From positions 8,742,001-8,806,000 of the forward strand of contig CM060733.1 of NCBI GenBank assembly GCA_030704615.1: a stretch of DNA of 64,000 nucleotides, written 5' to 3'. A program made the translations under genes and the position numbers. The notes beneath the pieces are model-generated. The model had not been told where the DNA came from and did not search any database. It saw nothing but the letters and a program-made list of their open reading frames with translations. Below, one piece after another: positions 59,197 to 64,000 of this stretch. The DNA comes from Takakia lepidozioides (Eukaryota; Plantae; Bryophyta). Position 1 is the first letter of the stretch. Every line of letters begins with the position of its first letter.

Positions 59197-61219
59197 ATTC
59201 CCTTTTGATTTTATGCTCATCAAAATTTTGGTCCGCTCACCTGCTCACCCACCCGCTACTTCCTCACCATCAACCAACACCATTTCTTTTTCAGTAGTAC
59301 TACCACTTCTCTAAAAAATAGGCGATGGCACAATTAGCCTGATTCTTGTTTGTTGTTTCATGAACAGTGGATCACTGGTTTTTTTTGGAAAAGCTTTCCC
59401 CTAGGTGGACAGTGCTGGATGCAACCCGATCATACTTTTGATATATTCGCCTCCATGGCCTCCTCGCATGGTTATTTTTTCGTGACTTTTTTTTATACAA
59501 TATTACTGGGCCCCTCCATCCCCTTTTTCTTAAAAGCAAAAGAAAAATAAAAGATCGCAGATCAATTTTTCGCACCATCCTGCTATAAACTTCTCTAAAT
59601 CACAAATAGTCAAACACATTCTTCAGGCTAAACCCCAGTGCAAGTTGTTGGGAAGTCAAGGAGAACTGATGAGCATAACCTCCATGGCTGGTCGTTGGAA
59701 GGTCAATGGAGCAAAGGTAACCAATTCTTGGCAAAACTGATAGCCACATGGCCCCGCACAGCTCACATAGTCAGGCGTGTCAGGAGGATGTGACTTGACG
59801 GGTATTGCTGCAAACAAACCCCACTACCTGCAGGTTTGACCTTCCACTGCTCATGGATACCTATAGGTGTGCTTACCGTACTCTAAGTTACACTGGCGGC
59901 AGGAGTTGACTGCATGTGCCAGCACTGCTCACTTGTCTGCTCACCAGACCAGGCCAAATCATGTCAGTAGACAAACGAGCTAGAATCATAGCTTCTACAA
60001 AGATTGCTAGGTTGAAAAATTAGCAGAAGTCTCATCCAAGAAGCTTGGTAAAAATTGGATGTGAAGCTTGGTTAGAAATATGGCGGTAAATGTTTTCAGA
60101 GACCAAATCCGCGGATCTTGAATTGATTCTTGCTCATTGGAGAAAAGAGATGAATCTAGTATCCAGGGTTCAAACACAGAAACCTTGATTCTAATCTGTA
60201 TGTTGAGGCCAACCCAGTTGCTCCATGAAATCAAAATACCTTGGTGTGCCTTGAAACTCATTGCTTTGTTCTCAGTATGTAGACTTGAGACATTTGTAGA
60301 ACTATGGCTGAGAGATCCAAAACAGTACTCCATAGAAAGCAGAGATATCAAAAGATACAGGCAGCTGTGACAAGAAACTGGAAATAGCAAACGACAGCAT
60401 CATGTTCTTAACTACATACAAAGTGGCACGAAGAGTGTGCATGACAAACAGCAATGAGCGATTACCGCCTTAAAGAAAGGGACCAATGAGGTGCTGCTAT
60501 CCAAGGAAAGCCATTTAGTTACAATTCCACCCTGCGTCCACCATGACACGGGATTTAGCACCGGTCGTGTTATGAAGGCCGCAAACACAGATGCCCATAG
60601 GCTTAAGTTATTCCCCAATGTTTCCCTACCAGCTCAGAGTAAAAGGCAAGGATTTATAGAGCATCCAATACTTGGCCACCCCAAATAGCCCCAGCTAAAA
60701 GTACAGTGTGTGCGATGCTCAGTCGTCACCTTCTATCTGTCTCTCACAGCAGAATGCTGTGCAAGAACAAGAGAGAGCAGAGAAGAAAAGATGTTCATCT
60801 GAAAGGGATAAAGACGATGAAGGTAGATGGAAGGGATGGTCTGGCAGAGGTCTATTGCCTGGAGGAGCCATGAATTCCAAAGGAGGTAAAAGCCAAAAGG
60901 CCAAAAGACTAATGCCAGTTTTCTAAGACCTGGGTGGTCATTGCTGATGTGTATCTCTGTCTGGCTCTAAAATGTCAAACATTGTAGATACGGAGAACTG
61001 GGGCAGAAAGAGGCAGGGTATCATACTCTCCTGTCATGGAAGGCCCTTTCCTATGAGAATCTCCAGTTAGGAAAGCCCCCTTCCTTTTGTCTCTCTTATG
61101 AAGAATACAGAGTGCAAGCACTCCCACTGAAGTAAACTCGACCGAAGCAAGACAAGGAGTATCAGATCCCAAGAAACAAACATGAATGAGAGGAACGGCC
61201 CTGGTCAATTAGCAGGAGC

Positions 61220-63985
<2,766 letters not shown>

Positions 63986-64000
63986 CTGTAGGGGGGTGAA

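Noticed and set aside
60080-60400. KYLGVP-containing remnant suggesting another LINE
   Set aside because: A single short motif among stops is insufficient evidence.

Overview
Eukaryotic nuclear DNA from a land plant, probably a non-seed plant (bryophyte/lycophyte/fern-like); the lineage call is an inference. Positions 1-42 kb hold a dense run of intron-containing genes: a conserved membrane protein (5' partial), a PG1beta-like BURP protein, NADP-isocitrate dehydrogenase, a PLP-homeostasis protein (YggS/PROSC), a P-class PPR protein, a conserved coiled-coil protein, SR45a, and an intronless DUF642 protein. Their introns carry many 5'-truncated copies of one RTE/RTEX-like LINE. Positions 42.7-59.5 kb are visibly more AT-rich and repeat-rich. 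They contain a decayed L1, a ~1.8 kb duplication with one intact and one dead copy of a small secreted Cys/Ser/Thr-rich protein with an aerolysin-like beta-pore-forming pattern, a single-domain Gnk2/DUF26 gene, a 3x ~280 bp tandem repeat, an F-box pseudogene, and a TSD-flanked Dualen/RandI-like (RLE) LINE fragment plus a 96-bp element sharing its 3' tail. The window ends in the 3' exons of a group-B TEY MAP kinase. The most notable items are the candidate pore-forming toxin in a putative defence island, the IDH with an N-terminal extension, a cytosolic-type ATG and a C-terminal SKL, the Dualen/short-element pair, and a duplicated 27-nt micro-exon in the PPR presequence. Exon coordinates were read by hand and no database searches were run.
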